The notes beneath the pieces were generated by a model. That model did not search any database, was not told where the DNA came from, and saw only the letters and a program-made list of their open reading frames with translations. Positions 15,748-25,444 of a stretch of DNA of 53,903 bases are shown here, piece by piece; position 1 is the first letter of the stretch, and the number at the start of each line of letters is the position of its first letter. Origin of the DNA: a virus (taxonomy: Duplodnaviria; Caudoviricetes); the IMG/VR virus record IMGVR_UViG_3300028284_000009, positions 1-53,903 of that record; one strand, 5' to 3'. The position numbers were made by a program, and so were the translations under genes.

Positions 15748-18700
15748 ATGGCTACGGTAGCAGGATCAAAAAGATTATTAGATATATCTGGAAATAATAT
15801 ATCCACAGCTGTAAGCTTAGCAGCTTCAGGAACGTTACTTGACGTTAACGGCACCGCTGGAACTTCAGGCCAAGTGCTTAGCTCTACAGGCTCAGGTGTA
15901 GATTGGATTACTAACAATAGTGCTAACTACTACCTTGACGGTATAACTAAGTCAGGCAATACACTTACTTTTAGCGTGCTGGGAGCAGCTAACCAATCAT
16001 ATGCTTTTGGATCAAATGCTTTTACAAGTACTGCTATTCCAACCGTAAACAACGCTACAGTAACAATTAATACAGCTACTGGTTTAGACGGTGCAACAAC
16101 TTTTACTTTAAATCAATCAGCTGATAAAACTATAAGTTTATCTCTAGATTTAAGTGAGTTTGCGGAATCTGGAACATTAATAGCTACAGATCAATTGATA
16201 ACACTAGATGGAAACGCAGAACGTAAAAGCACAATATCTTCCATACCATTAAGTATATTCAACAATAACAGCGGCTGGACTTCTAACACAGGAACTACAA
16301 CACCATCTAATACGCAGACATTTACAAATAAATCTGGTAACATTTCTCAATGGACTAATGACTCTGGGTATGTAACATCTTCAGGTGGTTCAATGTCTAC
16401 TTGGATTTTAAAAGAAGGTAATGGTACTGAAACAAGCACAGTGTCCAATGGAGAAACAGTAACTATTGCACAAGGTACTGGTATACAATCTGAACTTACT
16501 TCTACTTCAAGTGGCGGTACGTTGACTATAACAAACACAGCGCCTAACATTGTTCAGACTACAGTTTCAGGTAACGCAGGATCTGCTACCAAATTATTAA
16601 CCGCAAGAACAATAGCGGGAGTATCTTTTGATGGTACTGCTAACATTTCTCTAAACAACAACGCTATTACTAATGGTGCTGGTTATACAGCTAATACAGG
16701 TGATATTACACAAGTTACAGCAGGTAATGGTCTTACAGGCGGAGGTACATCGGGTGCGGTTACCCTTAATGTTGTTGGCGGCACTGGTATAACTGCCAAC
16801 GCCGATAACATAGCTATAGACGCAACGGTGGCAACCTTAGCTGGAACACAAACATTTACCGGAACAAAAACAATAAATACTCTAAAAATAGGTACAGCTA
16901 ATAAAATTCAATTCGCCAATAACGATTTTATTAGATATGACGACGCTAGTGGCGTTGGTAGATTTCACTTTGATTCTGATGGAGGAACAAATAACTCATC
17001 AGTACAAGCTGCAACTTTTGTAGGGGCTTTAAGCGGTAATGCTGCAACAGCTTCAACTTTACAAACTTCAAGAACAATTGCAGGTGTTTCTTTTAATGGA
17101 TCAGCAAACATATCTTTAAATAATAACGCTATTACTAATGGAGCAGGCTACACCTCAAATACAGGTACAGTAACAGGCGTAACGGCCAGCGCGCCTATAA
17201 CATCTTCTGGAGGAACAGCTCCTAACATTAGTGCAATAGTACCTTCGTCTGGAAGCTGGTGGAACACCGGGGTTGTTTACGTACAGACTGACGGCGTGAT
17301 GGAAGCTGGTAAATACTTTGACATGCATGCATCCAATACTGCAACTTCAGATTTTGACGTTAGACTAACAGCTTCAACAGGTAGTTTAAATGTTTCCGGA
17401 GACCTAGTTATAGGTGGTGGTGATATTACTCTTTCAGGTACTGGTAGAATCCAAGGTGTAGACACAGTAAGTGCTGGAACTGATGCAGCGAATAAGACAT
17501 ACGTTGATAATGCTGTATCAGGTGTAAGTAGTGGTGTAACATCTGTAGCGACTACTAACGGTATTACAGGTGGTACAATAACCTCAACAGGAACACTTCA
17601 AGTAGACTCTACGGTAGTAAGGACATCAGGTGATCAAACTATAGGTGGTATTAAAACATTTTCTACTTATATAGGAATGGAAGCAGATCATTATGTAAAC
17701 TATCGTTTTGAAATGATTGAAAATGCATCTCCTCAATACATATTGCTATGTAGAAATACATCAAGCAATGATATTAATGGTGTTATCCGCATGGACAGAA
17801 CATCAGGAAATTGGCAATCAGCTTCTGTAGAAGTTATAGTATCAGCGGGAAGTGGAGCAATGTATGGAGGTACTTTGCGTACTCTTCAAGTTACACAAAG
17901 TTCAGAAGATTACAGACTAATTTCTTGTACATACAATAGCATTAGTTATATTGCTATCAAATATGCAGGTAATACTTATCCAGAAACATCAGGTGCTTAT
18001 TTTACAGGTCGTGCAAAAATAAGTGCAGGAACACTATTTGAAGTTGTTTCATCAGGAGTTTCAAATGAAGCTTCTTTTGGAGGCACTACCGAGTCTTATA
18101 ATGAAGTAGACAGTTTTGTAGTAAGTGGCGATGCTACTATCTCAGGCGGTGATATTACACTAGGAGGCACAGGAAGAATACAAGGTGTTGATACAGTAAG
18201 TGATAATACAGACGCGGCTAATAAACTATATGTTGATAATGCTGTTTCTGGAGTGCCTCAAGGTACTGTAACAAGCGTTGGTGGAACAGGTACACAAAAT
18301 GGATTAACTCTTACAGGTACAGTTACAAGTTCAGGTGACTTAACACTTGGAGGTAACCTAGCTATTAACAACTCAGATTGGTCAGGTACTGATTTATCAG
18401 TTGCTAATGGTGGAACAGGGTCTAGCTCGGCTTCAGGAGCAAGAACTAATTTAGGTATTGTCAATGATACAGGTATACCAGCTATATTATCAGATGGAAC
18501 AGCACCTAGTTTAAACACGGGTATAAGCGCCACTGAAGTAAGGTCGCTTATCGGAGCAGGTACTTCAAGCACGGTAGGTACTGTAACTGAAGTTACATCT
18601 ACTATTGACGGAGACGCGTTGGGAGTTGCGGTTACAGCTGGAACTACAACACCTGCAGTAAACTTTGATTGGCAAGGTAGTTCAAGTGAATATGTTAATG

Positions 18701-19722
18701 GTGAAGGAACTTTAACATCTTTCCCAAGTATACCTCAAGGTGATATTACCGCTGTTGTCGCAGGAACGGGTATGACAGGCGGAGGTACTTCAGGCTCTGT
18801 TACACTAGACTGCGATATAACAAACAACAATCAGTTAACAAACGGCGCTGGTTATACTACTTTTACAGCTAATCAAGCTTTAGATACTACTTCTAACCCA
18901 TCTTTTAATGATCTTTATATAGCTGATCAAATATTACACACAGGAGATACTAATACCTATATGCAGTTTCACGCTAATGATCAATGGAGAGTTGTAACTG
19001 CTGGTGCAGAAAGATTAGAAGTTAACAACACTCAAGTTACAGTAGCTAATAACTTACAAGTAGGTGGGTCTATATACGCTTCTCAGTATATTTACCACAC
19101 AGGAGACACTAATACATATATGAGGTTTCCTTCTAATGACACTATTAGTTGGAATACGGCTGGAACAGAGAGAATGCGTATAAATTCCTCTGGTAACGTC
19201 GGGATTGGAACTACTAACCCAGGTTCATACAAGTTAAAAGTTGCTGGTGTTTCAGACACTCAGGGGCTTGTTGTAGGGTATCAAGATTTGCTTCTGTATG
19301 ATAACAATACTTATTCTCCTGAGTTCAAGATGACTAACAATACACATTCTTTAGGTGTTGATTACCAAAATAATGAGACGTTAAGGTTCATTACAAGGTC
19401 AGGTGTAACTACAGTTCCTATTACTTTTCAAATGAGAGCAGGTACTATAACAGCTGTTAACTTCATACTGTCTTCAGATGAAAGAAAAAAGACAAAAATA
19501 GAAAACCTCAAAAGTAGCACAGTAGACGTACAATGGAAGTCTTTCGAAATGAAAGATAACGAAGGTGAATATAGAACAGGTGTAATAGCTCAAGAACTTG
19601 AAGAAAACCATCCTGAGTTTGTTAATACTGATGAAGAAGGGTATAAGTCTGTCAAGTATATTGATTTATTAATTGCTAAAATAGCCGAGTTAGAAGCTAG
19701 GTTAGAAAAACTAGAGAAATAA
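15748..19722 (+). CDS. Long tail fibre with C-terminal intramolecular chaperone (peptidase S74)
   Basis: SSDERKKTKIENL...TGVIAQEL...YKSVKY plus terminal coiled coil; internal repeats. Confidence 0.88.
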   Translation: MATVAGSKRLLDISGNNISTAVSLAASGTLLDVNGTAGTSGQVLSSTGSGVDWITNNSANYYLDGITKSGNTLTFSVLGAANQSYAFGSNAFTSTAIPTVNNATVTINTATGLDGATTFTLNQSADKTISLSLDLSEFAESGTLIATDQLITLDGNAERKSTISSIPLSIFNNNSGWTSNTGTTTPSNTQTFTNKSGNISQWTNDSGYVTSSGGSMSTWILKEGNGTETSTVSNGETVTIAQGTGIQSELTSTSSGGTLTITNTAPNIVQTTVSGNAGSATKLLTARTIAGVSFDGTANISLNNNAITNGAGYTANTGDITQVTAGNGLTGGGTSGAVTLNVVGGTGITANADNIAIDATVATLAGTQTFTGTKTINTLKIGTANKIQFANNDFIRYDDASGVGRFHFDSDGGTNNSSVQAATFVGALSGNAATASTLQTSRTIAGVSFNGSANISLNNNAITNGAGYTSNTGTVTGVTASAPITSSGGTAPNISAIVPSSGSWWNTGVVYVQTDGVMEAGKYFDMHASNTATSDFDVRLTASTGSLNVSGDLVIGGGDITLSGTGRIQGVDTVSAGTDAANKTYVDNAVSGVSSGVTSVATTNGITGGTITSTGTLQVDSTVVRTSGDQTIGGIKTFSTYIGMEADHYVNYRFEMIENASPQYILLCRNTSSNDINGVIRMDRTSGNWQSASVEVIVSAGSGAMYGGTLRTLQVTQSSEDYRLISCTYNSISYIAIKYAGNTYPETSGAYFTGRAKISAGTLFEVVSSGVSNEASFGGTTESYNEVDSFVVSGDATISGGDITLGGTGRIQGVDTVSDNTDAANKLYVDNAVSGVPQGTVTSVGGTGTQNGLTLTGTVTSSGDLTLGGNLAINNSDWSGTDLSVANGGTGSSSASGARTNLGIVNDTGIPAILSDGTAPSLNTGISATEVRSLIGAGTSSTVGTVTEVTSTIDGDALGVAVTAGTTTPAVNFDWQGSSSEYVNGEGTLTSFPSIPQGDITAVVAGTGMTGGGTSGSVTLDCDITNNNQLTNGAGYTTFTANQALDTTSNPSFNDLYIADQILHTGDTNTYMQFHANDQWRVVTAGAERLEVNNTQVTVANNLQVGGSIYASQYIYHTGDTNTYMRFPSNDTISWNTAGTERMRINSSGNVGIGTTNPGSYKLKVAGVSDTQGLVVGYQDLLLYDNNTYSPEFKMTNNTHSLGVDYQNNETLRFITRSGVTTVPITFQMRAGTITAVNFILSSDERKKTKIENLKSSTVDVQWKSFEMKDNEGEYRTGVIAQELEENHPEFVNTDEEGYKSVKYIDLLIAKIAELEARLEKLEK

Positions 19723-19910
19723 TGGCAGTACAAAATACAAGTACATTTACGCTACAGGATGTAGTAAACGAAATAAACCCATCGTCAAATACTTTACAAG
19801 CCTGTTTCGCTGCAGCTAGCTCAAAAGGATTTGTACTGTCCTACGCTGGATCTTCTGATAGGTTATCAAATTTTAGAGGTTATTCACATGGGACAGGAGG
19901 TTCTTATTAA
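19722..19910 (+). CDS. Small fibre-tip-associated protein
   Basis: MAVQNTSTFTLQDVVNEI...LSNFRGY, coupled (TAATG) to the fibre gene. Confidence 0.55.
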   Translation: MAVQNTSTFTLQDVVNEINPSSNTLQACFAAASSKGFVLSYAGSSDRLSNFRGYSHGTGGSY

Positions 19911-19923
19911 TAAAAAATAACAA

Positions 19924-20559
19924 ATGAATATACCAAAAAAAATACACCAAGTATGGATTGGACCAAGGGTTCTTCCTGAAAAGTATGTAGAAATGACTGC
20001 CGCTATGCAAGCCATGCATCCCGAGTGGGAATATAAGATGTGGACACACGATGAGATATTTAATGACAGGTATGCTGATGATATATATTTGCAAGCGTAT
20101 ATACAAGACCCAGATACTTTTAAGTGGGCTTTTATAACAGATAGAATAAAGCTTTTACTATTAAGAGACTTTGGAGGTGTTTACGTGGATGTAGACGCAA
20201 AGTATGTGAAGTCATTTGACTTGGTTATGGACAAACTAGAAGAAAAGCATACTTTTTTTGCAGGTATGAAAACATACGATGTTCAGTCTTCATTGATAGA
20301 GTGCGCTGTGTATGGTGCAGCTCCAAACAGCAGGTTAATAAACTTGTGTCTAGACTTCTATTCAGATACACGATGGGCTCATGGGTGTATGGATTTTAGT
20401 AACGTTATAGTACATAACCTAGAGGATGATGCTCTACTGTTAAATAGTAAATATTTCTACAGCTTTGAAGAGTTTGATCAAACTATCGTGTTGCACGAAC
20501 CAGAAGACATAAGACTTTATTCTCACTCAGACGAAAACAATGCTAAAGAAGAATACTAA
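19924..20559 (+). CDS. Glycosyltransferase, GT32/OCH1-like DxD family
   Basis: IPKKIHQVWIG, HPEWEYKMW, DRIKLLLL..FGGVYVDVD. Confidence 0.88.
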   Translation: MNIPKKIHQVWIGPRVLPEKYVEMTAAMQAMHPEWEYKMWTHDEIFNDRYADDIYLQAYIQDPDTFKWAFITDRIKLLLLRDFGGVYVDVDAKYVKSFDLVMDKLEEKHTFFAGMKTYDVQSSLIECAVYGAAPNSRLINLCLDFYSDTRWAHGCMDFSNVIVHNLEDDALLLNSKYFYSFEEFDQTIVLHEPEDIRLYSHSDENNAKEEY

Positions 20560-20576
20560 TAAATAAATAAACAAAT

Positions 20577-20951
20577 ATGATTACTTACAATTGGGATTGC
20601 AAAACAGTGGATGCTTATCCACAAGATGGAGAATATACAGATTTAGTGTACAATGTGCATTGGATTGTTACTGGTGTATCAGATCAATTGAACCCAGAAG
20701 GCGTTGCTTACTCGGCAACTAGCATTGGAACACAAACACTAGACACTAGTGAAGTTACAGATTTTATCCCGTTTGAGGATTTAACAAACGAACAAGTTGT
20801 TACTTGGACAAAAGGAGCGATAGGTGAAGAGCAAGTTGCTTCTATTGAGGCTGGCATTCAATCTCAGATCGATGCTTTGATTACACCTACAACTGTTACT
20901 TTGACTATTGGAGAGCCAGTGCCACCTACAGAAGAAGAAACTGAAGAGTAA
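20577..20951 (+). CDS. Acidic phage tail-associated protein
   Basis: YNVHW...FIPFEDLTNEQVVTW motif common next to fibre genes. Confidence 0.65.
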   Translation: MITYNWDCKTVDAYPQDGEYTDLVYNVHWIVTGVSDQLNPEGVAYSATSIGTQTLDTSEVTDFIPFEDLTNEQVVTWTKGAIGEEQVASIEAGIQSQIDALITPTTVTLTIGEPVPPTEEETEE

Positions 20952-21027
20952 TTATCAGGCAAAACCTGTAATGATACTATCAACGAAGCTTTAAAAAGCG
21001 GGAATCAAATCTAATTAATTTTAATAT

Positions 21028-22587
21028 ATGTCAGACAAGATAGTAAAGAACCTTAATTTTGGTGAAGAAGCCAGAAATAATGTATTTAAAGGAATAGAAA
21101 AGCTTACATATGCTGTTAGCTCTACTTTAGGAGCTAGTGGTAAATGTGTGATGCTAGAAGATGGGTCAGGAAGACCAGTAATTACAAAAGATGGTGTAAC
21201 AGTTGCAGATTCTATTGTATTACTAGATCCAGTTGAAAACATGGGAGCCACCCTATTAAAAGAAGCGGCTAGGAAAACTGTTAGAGAAGCCGGTGACGGA
21301 ACTACAACAGCTACAGTATTAGCACATGCAATTTTAAAAGAAGCTTATAAGGTTTCAAACAAAACAAACTCCAGAGAGTTAAAAGATGGTATTGTATCAG
21401 CTACAGAAAAAGTAGTTAAATACTTGCAAAAGAATTCTACTAGTGTCAAGGGTGACATGATTGATCAGATAGCTACTATATCTACTAATAACGACCAAGA
21501 GTTAGGTAAGTTAATAGCAGACGCTTTTAGAGCTGTAGATAATACAGGTATAGTTATGATGGAGACATCATCATCTGGAAAAACAGAAGTAGAAGTTGTT
21601 GATGGTATACAATATGACAAGGGACTTAAAAACTCTCATTTCATTACTAACCAACAAAATAAATCAGCTGAACTAGACAATCCTTTAGTTTTGCTAATTG
21701 AATCTCCTGTTGAGTCGATAAGACAAATACAATCAGTGTTAGAGTATGTAATAAAAAACAACAAACCTCTGCTCATCATAGGTGATTTAGAGCAAGGTGT
21801 TTTATCAGCTCTAGCAATGAATAAAAACAAAGGAAACATTAAGGTCAATGTTATTGACGCGCCTACCTTTGGAATTAGCAAAAAAGAGGTGTTAGATGAT
21901 CTAGCTTTATTAACTGGAGCTACCATCATTAACGAAGACTTAGGTGATGATATGGATTTGATCCAGATCGAGCACTTAGGAACATGCTTAAGAAGTATTA
22001 CTACACATAGTGAAACTGTTTTGAAAGTTGGAGAACCAACTGAAGATGTTTTAAGTATTATAAAAGACTTAAAAGAAGAATTGCTTGTAGAAAAGCAGTC
22101 TTATAAGATTATTAAGTTAGAAACAAGATTAGCTAGATTATCAGCTAAAATAGCTATTGTTAAAGTTGGTGCTAACTCTGAGATAGAGTTGCAAGAAAAG
22201 AACGATAGAGTAGAAGATGCGATTTGTGCTACTAAAGCAGCTATTAAAGAAGGTATTGTCCCAGGTGGTGGTATTGCTTTATTAAATGCTTCAATGTATA
22301 TCAAGCCGATGAACCAAGGAGAAGAAGTGCTGCTAGAGGCAATTAGAGCGCCTTTTAAGACAATATTAGATAACGCAGGTATAACAGACATAAAAATTCC
22401 CAAGAGCAAAGGTAAAGGCCTTAATGTGATTACAGGAAAAACTGTTACAATGGTAAAGTCTGGTATTATCGATCCTTTATTAGTTACAAAGTGTGCATTG
22501 CAAAATGCTTCATCAGTTGCTACTACAATATTATCAACCGATTGTGTAATCAATAATTTAAGAGTTGGAGATGAGAGCAATAGGTAA
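21028..22587 (+). CDS. groEL: Phage-encoded chaperonin GroEL
   Basis: ITKDGVTVA, AGDGTTTATVLA, RLARLS, DRVEDA, GIVPGGG, GIIDP; no GGM tail. Confidence 0.96.
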   Translation: MSDKIVKNLNFGEEARNNVFKGIEKLTYAVSSTLGASGKCVMLEDGSGRPVITKDGVTVADSIVLLDPVENMGATLLKEAARKTVREAGDGTTTATVLAHAILKEAYKVSNKTNSRELKDGIVSATEKVVKYLQKNSTSVKGDMIDQIATISTNNDQELGKLIADAFRAVDNTGIVMMETSSSGKTEVEVVDGIQYDKGLKNSHFITNQQNKSAELDNPLVLLIESPVESIRQIQSVLEYVIKNNKPLLIIGDLEQGVLSALAMNKNKGNIKVNVIDAPTFGISKKEVLDDLALLTGATIINEDLGDDMDLIQIEHLGTCLRSITTHSETVLKVGEPTEDVLSIIKDLKEELLVEKQSYKIIKLETRLARLSAKIAIVKVGANSEIELQEKNDRVEDAICATKAAIKEGIVPGGGIALLNASMYIKPMNQGEEVLLEAIRAPFKTILDNAGITDIKIPKSKGKGLNVITGKTVTMVKSGIIDPLLVTKCALQNASSVATTILSTDCVINNLRVGDESNR

Positions 22588-22831
22588 TAACATAATAATA
22601 GAAAAGCTAAAAGAAGGTACCACCTCTACAAAGGGTGGTCTTTTCTTAGCTGATTCACATAGAGAAGATATTAGATACGTTGAAGGAAAGGTTATCTCAG
22701 TTGGAGATGCTGTGTCTGGAATCGAAGAGAATGATGTTATATATTTTGATAGACATGCTGGTCACAAGATAGAACTTAAAAAAGAAACTTTTCACTTAAT
22801 CAAAATGGGTGACGTAGTTGTAGTTTTATGA
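22571..22831 (+). CDS. groES: Co-chaperonin GroES
   Basis: MRAIGNNIII..TKGGLFL..GKVISVG..DVIYF..LIKMGDVV; ATG at 22571 preferred over the TTG at 22565. Confidence 0.9.
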   Translation: MRAIGNNIIIEKLKEGTTSTKGGLFLADSHREDIRYVEGKVISVGDAVSGIEENDVIYFDRHAGHKIELKKETFHLIKMGDVVVVL

Positions 22832-23271
22832 GGTTAACACCTGGTGATCTTAAAGATCTAAATTTATTTAAACATTACAGAATAGTAAGAAAGTGGGCTT
22901 GTAGAAATAACAATTTAAATGATGCTGATTTAGAGCTTTTAATATATCTAGACTGCATAGAGTTGTTTTCTAAAAAAGATTTTGTAGCAGGTTCATACTC
23001 TTACAGTTGGAACAACCGAAGATGGAATAAGCTTATACAAGATGGTTGGATTACTGTGTGGAGACCAAGAAACAGGACTACACAAAAATACAACATATAT
23101 AAAGTATCTTTTAAATGCAAGCAACTTATAGTTAGAATGTATAAGATAATGCTAGGCGAAGAAGATATACCTATAAGCACTAGAAGAAACAAAATAATGA
23201 AAGGTCAAACGTATACAGACAAAGTGTTGATGACCTCTATAGACAATGTTAATAAAGATAAAAATAGATAA
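22828..23271 (+). CDS. Putative winged-helix (MarR-like) DNA-binding protein
   Basis: LNDADLELLIYL...NKLIQDGWI...YKVSFKCKQL follows the wHTH layout. Confidence 0.5.
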   Translation: MRLTPGDLKDLNLFKHYRIVRKWACRNNNLNDADLELLIYLDCIELFSKKDFVAGSYSYSWNNRRWNKLIQDGWITVWRPRNRTTQKYNIYKVSFKCKQLIVRMYKIMLGEEDIPISTRRNKIMKGQTYTDKVLMTSIDNVNKDKNR

Positions 23272-23273
23272 TT

Positions 23274-23468
23274 ATGAATAACCAAGTAGATCCTATGACA
23301 GGTCAACCAGTTCAGTACGGTGTAACACCACCTGCTCCAGCTAGTTTAGTAAGTCCTTTTTCTCCACAAGCTCAACAAGTCGGTAACGGCGTAATGGGTA
23401 GCGTAGATCAAAGACAAGCATCCTTAGGAAACAATACTCCATTATTTAAGAAAAGCTGCGGCTACTAA
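23274..23468 (+). CDS. Small Pro/Gln-rich protein
   Basis: 64-aa ORF in operon. Confidence 0.6.
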   Translation: MNNQVDPMTGQPVQYGVTPPAPASLVSPFSPQAQQVGNGVMGSVDQRQASLGNNTPLFKKSCGY

Positions 23469-23477
23469 AAAAAAGAT

Positions 23478-23675
23478 ATGAAAGGAAAAAACGGAATTGT
23501 AGGAGAAAATACTTTATGGGACGGACCATTAAGTCAAGAAGGTAGACCACACGGAAAAGGATCTAGCTCAGGATCTAAAGGTATGAAGTTAAAAGTAATG
23601 CAACCTTGTGGCTGTATTGGTGATTGTGGCTGTGCAGGATTGCAAGGGCCAATCACAGCAAGAGCTAAAGGATAA
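23478..23675 (+). CDS. Small Gly/Lys/Cys-rich protein
   Basis: 65-aa ORF with CGCIGDCGC. Confidence 0.6.
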   Translation: MKGKNGIVGENTLWDGPLSQEGRPHGKGSSSGSKGMKLKVMQPCGCIGDCGCAGLQGPITARAKG

Positions 23676-23676
23676 G

Positions 23677-23838
23677 ATGTTTTGCATGGGAGACATAAAA
23701 CTATATATGGCAAATATGCTAACGTTAAGTGTAACTACGTTTACAAATATAGAAATGGGATTAAAAATCGTTTTATTGTTAGTAACTATAGGATACACTA
23801 TTAACAAGTGGCTAGAGTTAAAAAAATCAAAAAAGTAA
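23677..23838 (+). CDS. Small membrane protein (holin-like)
   Basis: Hydrophobic GLKIVLLLVTIGYTI plus basic tail; start at ATG 23677 or 23686. Confidence 0.55.
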   Translation: MFCMGDIKLYMANMLTLSVTTFTNIEMGLKIVLLLVTIGYTINKWLELKKSKK

Positions 23839-24119
23839 TGGCATATATTCAACCAGATAGCTCCCCTTTTTTAAAGGTTAGAAAAACAACTAAAGGTAAA
23901 GGTAGAAACTTTTTATCAACAGAAGAAGGAGCAGGAATGACCTCTACTGGTGTTAAGAAGTACAGAAAAGAAAACCCTGGCAGTAAGTTGAAAACAGCCG
24001 TGACTGGAGATGTTAAACCTGGAAGTAAAGCTGCTAAAAGAAGAAAATCATTCTGCGCTAGATCTAAAGGCTGGGACGGTGAAAGAGGTAAAGCTGCTCG
24101 TAAAAGATGGAAATGCTAA
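23838..24119 (+). CDS. Basic phage protein (DUF6321-like)
   Basis: GVKKYRKENPGSKLKTAV...RRKSFCAR...ARKRWKC; ATG overlaps the upstream stop. Confidence 0.7.
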   Translation: MAYIQPDSSPFLKVRKTTKGKGRNFLSTEEGAGMTSTGVKKYRKENPGSKLKTAVTGDVKPGSKAAKRRKSFCARSKGWDGERGKAARKRWKC

Positions 24120-24437
24120 ATGAGCTTTAAAATGAAGATGGGTAAATTGTCCATGGATAACACACCGATATACCAGATAGACGAAGAGGATGGTATTATG
24201 GGTAGAGCTAATAAGAACGGCTCTATCACACTAAATAAGAATCTAAGTCCATTAGAACAAGAAGATGTTATAAAACACGAGAAAGTGCACTTAGATCAGA
24301 TGGAGAGACTCGACTTAGATTATGACGACGAATACGTTTACTGGAAAGGTAAAAAATACCCTAGATCGAAGATGGAGGAAGGTGCTAAAAGTCTTCCGTG
24401 GGAGAAAGAAGCTTACAAAGCTAATAGATTAAAATAG
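24120..24437 (+). CDS. Small zincin-like metallopeptidase
   Basis: HEKVH plus downstream PWEKEAY third-ligand motif. Confidence 0.7.
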   Translation: MSFKMKMGKLSMDNTPIYQIDEEDGIMGRANKNGSITLNKNLSPLEQEDVIKHEKVHLDQMERLDLDYDDEYVYWKGKKYPRSKMEEGAKSLPWEKEAYKANRLK

Positions 24438-24496
24438 GCTTTATTTTTTATAGTTTTTTTGTTATATTAGACATTATAAACTTAAATTTAAATAAA

Positions 24497-24856
24497 ATGA
24501 AAAACTTATTATTAGTATTAGCCTTAACAACAACACTATTATCAAATGCTCAAGTAAACAAAATGGAAGGTTCTTGGGTTAGTGAAACATCATCGTACGT
24601 TATGACTATCATAACAAATGACTCTAAGCCAGTTAAAGTTTTTAATACTAGCTTCTTAGAAAATAAAGTAATAGAAGAAAACATTACAAGCAGCAACGCA
24701 ACATCATTTACAACTAAACTATACAACGCAGATAACAATTATTCTGTTAATGTTAAGTATGTTTTAAAGGATTCAAACACAATGTTATGTTACTACACTG
24801 GTGACTTAAACGAAACAATTACAGTTAAAAAGTTATCGCACTTTTACATAGAATAA
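24497..24856 (+). CDS. Exported beta-rich protein (moron-like)
   Basis: Signal peptide MKNLLLVLALTTTLLSNA|Q; EGSW motif of lipocalin-like barrels. Confidence 0.65.
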   Translation: MKNLLLVLALTTTLLSNAQVNKMEGSWVSETSSYVMTIITNDSKPVKVFNTSFLENKVIEENITSSNATSFTTKLYNADNNYSVNVKYVLKDSNTMLCYYTGDLNETITVKKLSHFYIE

Positions 24857-24881
24857 ATAAATAAATAAATAAACAATTATT

Positions 24882-25442
24882 ATGGCTTATCAGCAAAACC
24901 CAGGTAAAAACCCAATGAAGAAAACAGGTAGTGGAATTCCTTCTGCTTTACTACAGGTAGATCCAACAGATCCTGTTAAAAAGAAAAAAGATGAAAAATC
25001 AGGAGACAAACCTTTTGTTCCAGCAGGTGGGGATTACAATCGATCAATGACGCCAGCGCCTAAGCTAGACGGTAAAGACGCTACTAAGGATTCTTACTTA
25101 AAGTATCTACATAAACAAAACATAGCTATAGATAGTACTAATAACGCTGCTAGAGAAAGAACAATGACTAAAATAGGTTGGCCTAAAGTAGGTGATAAAT
25201 TTGGTAAACGTGGAGTTGTAAAGAGCATCGACTCTAAGACAGGAGACTACAGCATTAGACGACCGGGTAACTCTACTAAGAACCAAATGGTGTCAAGAAA
25301 AAATGTTCGTAGAGCTAGTACCCTTAAAGCGCGTGGTGAAGGCGAAATAAAACTAACGCCACAAGGTGGATCACACTATGACAAATACCCTAAAGGTAAA
25401 GTTCAAGTTGGAGGTTGGACACTAGGCGGTGGTAAAAAATAA
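24882..25442 (+). CDS. Basic low-complexity protein
   Basis: 186-aa K/G/P-rich ORF. Confidence 0.65.
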   Translation: MAYQQNPGKNPMKKTGSGIPSALLQVDPTDPVKKKKDEKSGDKPFVPAGGDYNRSMTPAPKLDGKDATKDSYLKYLHKQNIAIDSTNNAARERTMTKIGWPKVGDKFGKRGVVKSIDSKTGDYSIRRPGNSTKNQMVSRKNVRRASTLKARGEGEIKLTPQGGSHYDKYPKGKVQVGGWTLGGGKK

Positions 25443-25444
25443 AG

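Noticed and set aside
15748-19722. Diversity-generating retroelement TR/VR pair
   Set aside because: Repeat differences are not adenine-specific, both copies are in frame, and no reverse transcriptase is in the window
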